In this document: positions 40,369 through 42,016 of the stretch, piece after piece
Layout of the letters: each line of letters begins with the position of its first letter
Position numbering within the stretch: position 1 is the stretch's first letter
Translations under genes and position numbers: made by a program
Notes under the pieces: generated by a model
What the model was told of the DNA's origin: nothing
The model's database searches: none
What the model saw: only the letters and a program-made list of their open reading frames with translations
Source: a virus
Virus record (IMG/VR): IMGVR_UViG_3300022690_000657
Span: 1 to 42,016 of that record
Length of the DNA: 42,016 bases
Direction: 5' to 3' (one strand)

Positions 40369-40737
40369 TTATTTTTGTTGAGTTTCAAACCAAAATGTCA
40401 CTGGTTTGGAAGTTATTTCTATCAATCCGAATCGCTCAGACATTCTAAAATTTACTGATGATTTTCTAGCTCTTTCGACCTGCAAAGTTATTTCCCCTCT
40501 AAACTCTTCAATAGACCATGTGCGCTTGAATAAATTACATGGTGCGCAAGATGGAACATGATTTGAAACAACATCTAAATCCGCATTCCTATGCTTCCCT
40601 TTACCGTAATAGTTACGATGAAGGCAAACGAAATGATCTGCATGCCAGCCTTTTTCTGGAAGATTGCAACCGCAGTACCAACAGACACCATTTGATTTAG
40701 CGAAAACTTGCTGTCTTTGTTTTTTGGTGAGCGCCAT
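40369..40737 (-). CDS. HNH endonuclease
   Basis: CWYCGCNL...WHADHFVCLH...VSNHVPSCAPCNLFK (H-N-H with flanking Cys pairs). Confidence 0.8.
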   Translation of the reverse strand: MALTKKQRQQVFAKSNGVCWYCGCNLPEKGWHADHFVCLHRNYYGKGKHRNADLDVVSNHVPSCAPCNLFKRTWSIEEFRGEITLQVERARKSSVNFRMSERFGLIEITSKPVTFWFETQQK

Positions 40738-40752
40738 AAAATTTCCCCGTAA

Positions 40753-40944
40753 TTAATCTTTTTGTAAAATAGTTCTAAGCATGGCGAAAATCATACCTAT
40801 ATTTTGACTTTGTATTTTGCTAGATTCTTTGCGCATTTTTTCCAAATCTTCACAAAAATAAACTCTCGGACTTAAACCCTCTTGAGCAAGCTTATACATT
40901 TTTTCAACTTCTTTTTGTGGTATTCCACACATTACTTCTGACAT
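40753..40944 (-). CDS. Hypothetical early protein
   Basis: 63-aa ORF preceded by GGGAATTTTTGAC. Confidence 0.55.
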   Translation of the reverse strand: MSEVMCGIPQKEVEKMYKLAQEGLSPRVYFCEDLEKMRKESSKIQSQNIGMIFAMLRTILQKD

Positions 40945-40956
40945 GTCAAAAATTCC

Positions 40957-41250
40957 CTATTTGCGGCCGCGCCGCTTAAAATCGTTTTGAAAACGAGAAA
41001 AGTTCGGTTGCTTTGGTTTTGTAACTTCGATATTTTTAACTAAATCAGGGTAAAACGAACTTATTGTTATACAGGTACTACTATCAACTGACTTAATTAT
41101 GTATTCATGGGTAATTTTTCGTTCTAGCTTTCTAAATGTTATAAAAAACCATAATTTGACCCACCATTTATGAAACACAGGCTCATTAATAGTTACCTTA
41201 TCTCCAACATCCATATCATGAAAGCCGCTTACAGTTAGTGTTGATTCCAT
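40957..41250 (-). CDS. Hypothetical early protein
   Basis: 97-aa ORF preceded by GGAAAATTTGAC. Confidence 0.55.
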   Translation of the reverse strand: MESTLTVSGFHDMDVGDKVTINEPVFHKWWVKLWFFITFRKLERKITHEYIIKSVDSSTCITISSFYPDLVKNIEVTKPKQPNFSRFQNDFKRRGRK

Positions 41251-41266
41251 GTCAAATTTTCCGAGG

Positions 41267-41479
41267 TTAGTTAACAGCGACTAAATCGCTTGGTTTAAAG
41301 TATTTAATAAGCCCGAATTTAGGGTTCTTTTCCTGGCTGTATTCACACTTAACAATAATTCGGTTATGTGGGTTTTCGTCTTGTTTTGGTTTCAATACCT
41401 TAACAACCTTAGCCCACGCGTACCCTGGATGGTCTTTGTGTCTGTAGCTTTCGCCAATTATTAATTTATTATGATGCAT
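41267..41479 (-). CDS. Hypothetical early protein
   Basis: 70-aa ORF. Confidence 0.55.
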   Translation of the reverse strand: MHHNKLIIGESYRHKDHPGYAWAKVVKVLKPKQDENPHNRIIVKCEYSQEKNPKFGLIKYFKPSDLVAVN

Positions 41480-41488
41480 AAGATATCC

Positions 41489-41737
41489 CTATGAAGTTAA
41501 ACTTACTGCTGCAGCAAATAGATCAGCGGACTCTGGCGTCCAAAAGACACCTAGTTGTTGTATGTCTTCGCCTGGCTCCACCTTAGCCACGATAACCCCG
41601 CCGCCAGTGATCCTGAAGTCCTCTTTATCACCTTTAAAAATCATAATGCATTGAGTTTGACCTTCATAAGGTATTGCCGGATTATCTTGTTGTGGGATTT
41701 CTCGCCATGTTTTATCTAAAAATTTTACTATTTCCAT
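41489..41737 (-). CDS. Hypothetical early protein
   Basis: 82-aa ORF preceded by GGGGAAAGTTAAA. Confidence 0.55.
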   Translation of the reverse strand: MEIVKFLDKTWREIPQQDNPAIPYEGQTQCIMIFKGDKEDFRITGGGVIVAKVEPGEDIQQLGVFWTPESADLFAAAVSLTS

Positions 41738-41754
41738 TTTAACTTTCCCCGTAA

Positions 41755-41967
41755 TTATTTAATAACGTATTCATCTTGGTTTTCAAGAACTTTATCTCTG
41801 ATCGCTTTTGCTGCGTGAGCATTCAAAGGACTAAAAAACATTGGTTTATCTGCCGCAAGTTTTGATACCAATAATAACTCAAATTTCAATTGCTTAATTT
41901 CACTTAACAATTTATTTTTAATTAATGAGCCGCCTCTCTGAGTTGCTTCTACCGCTTCATCAGTCAT
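41755..41967 (-). CDS. Hypothetical early protein (70 aa); its 5' part is duplicated at 1-95 by the terminal repeat
   Basis: ORF 41755..42015. The ATG at 41967 follows GGAAAGTTTT. In the circular map it lies just downstream of the stop of gene 112..396. Confidence 0.55.
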   Translation of the reverse strand: MTDEAVEATQRGGSLIKNKLLSEIKQLKFELLLVSKLAADKPMFFSPLNAHAAKAIRDKVLENQDEYVIK

Positions 41968-42016
41968 AAAACTTTCCGTCCTTCTAGTTAGTAATTTCAG
42001 ATAGGAGATCATCAAA
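41873..42016. repeat. Terminal direct repeat, copy 2
   Basis: Identical to 1-144. Confidence 0.95.

Noticed and set aside
1-42016. CRISPR array or tandem DNA repeats
   Set aside because: Reading through all intergenic regions found no regularly spaced direct repeats.

Overview
The window is one complete, circularly closed phage genome. Bases 1-144 are identical to 41873-42016, so the unit length is 41,872 bp. It is a low-GC, mosaic, lambdoid / P22-like podophage. The spanin pair with a lipobox implies a Gram-negative host. No database search was run: every homology call rests on motifs read in the ORF translations and on my memory of the families. Layout: (i) A minus-strand early operon runs 6797 -> 112 and wraps to 42016 -> 38366. 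It holds many tiny ORFs, ERF recombinase, a MazG-like protein, a 225-aa catalytic-domain-only tyrosine recombinase, an HNH nuclease, an M23 endolysin and two membrane proteins. (ii) A divergent promoter pair sits at 6837-6902. (iii) A plus-strand operon runs 6934 -> 14045. It holds a Cro-like HTH, small membrane proteins, an 0.8-kb ORF-free structured island, an HNH-AP2 homing nuclease, a T5orf172/J-domain/Dam trio, NinB-like and NinG. (iv) A minus-strand late operon runs 37410 -> 14042. It holds holin, i- and o-spanin, small ORFs, a frameshifted Ntn-hydrolase-like gene, TerS, two inserted genes, TerL, P22-like portal, scaffold and coat, a gp4-like adaptor, an inserted 467-aa protein, a gp10-like hub, a sulfotransferase-like / Asp-Asn-hydroxylase-like enzyme pair, three ejection-type proteins, a tailspike with a P22-type head-binding domain, an Ig-like protein, a 909-aa second spike and a Cys-rich terminal gene. 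(v) A 540-bp plus-strand two-gene cassette (37553-37970) is inserted between endolysin and holin. It is flanked by 9-bp direct repeats and has anti-defence (acr-aca-like) architecture. Most interesting items: the structured island at 8450-9245 (candidate novel large RNA, or invertible / ori DNA); the acr-aca-like cassette; the enzyme pair inside the virion module; the promoter-plus-structured-leader insertion between the gp4 and gp10 homologues; and two apparent frameshifts at homopolymer runs.
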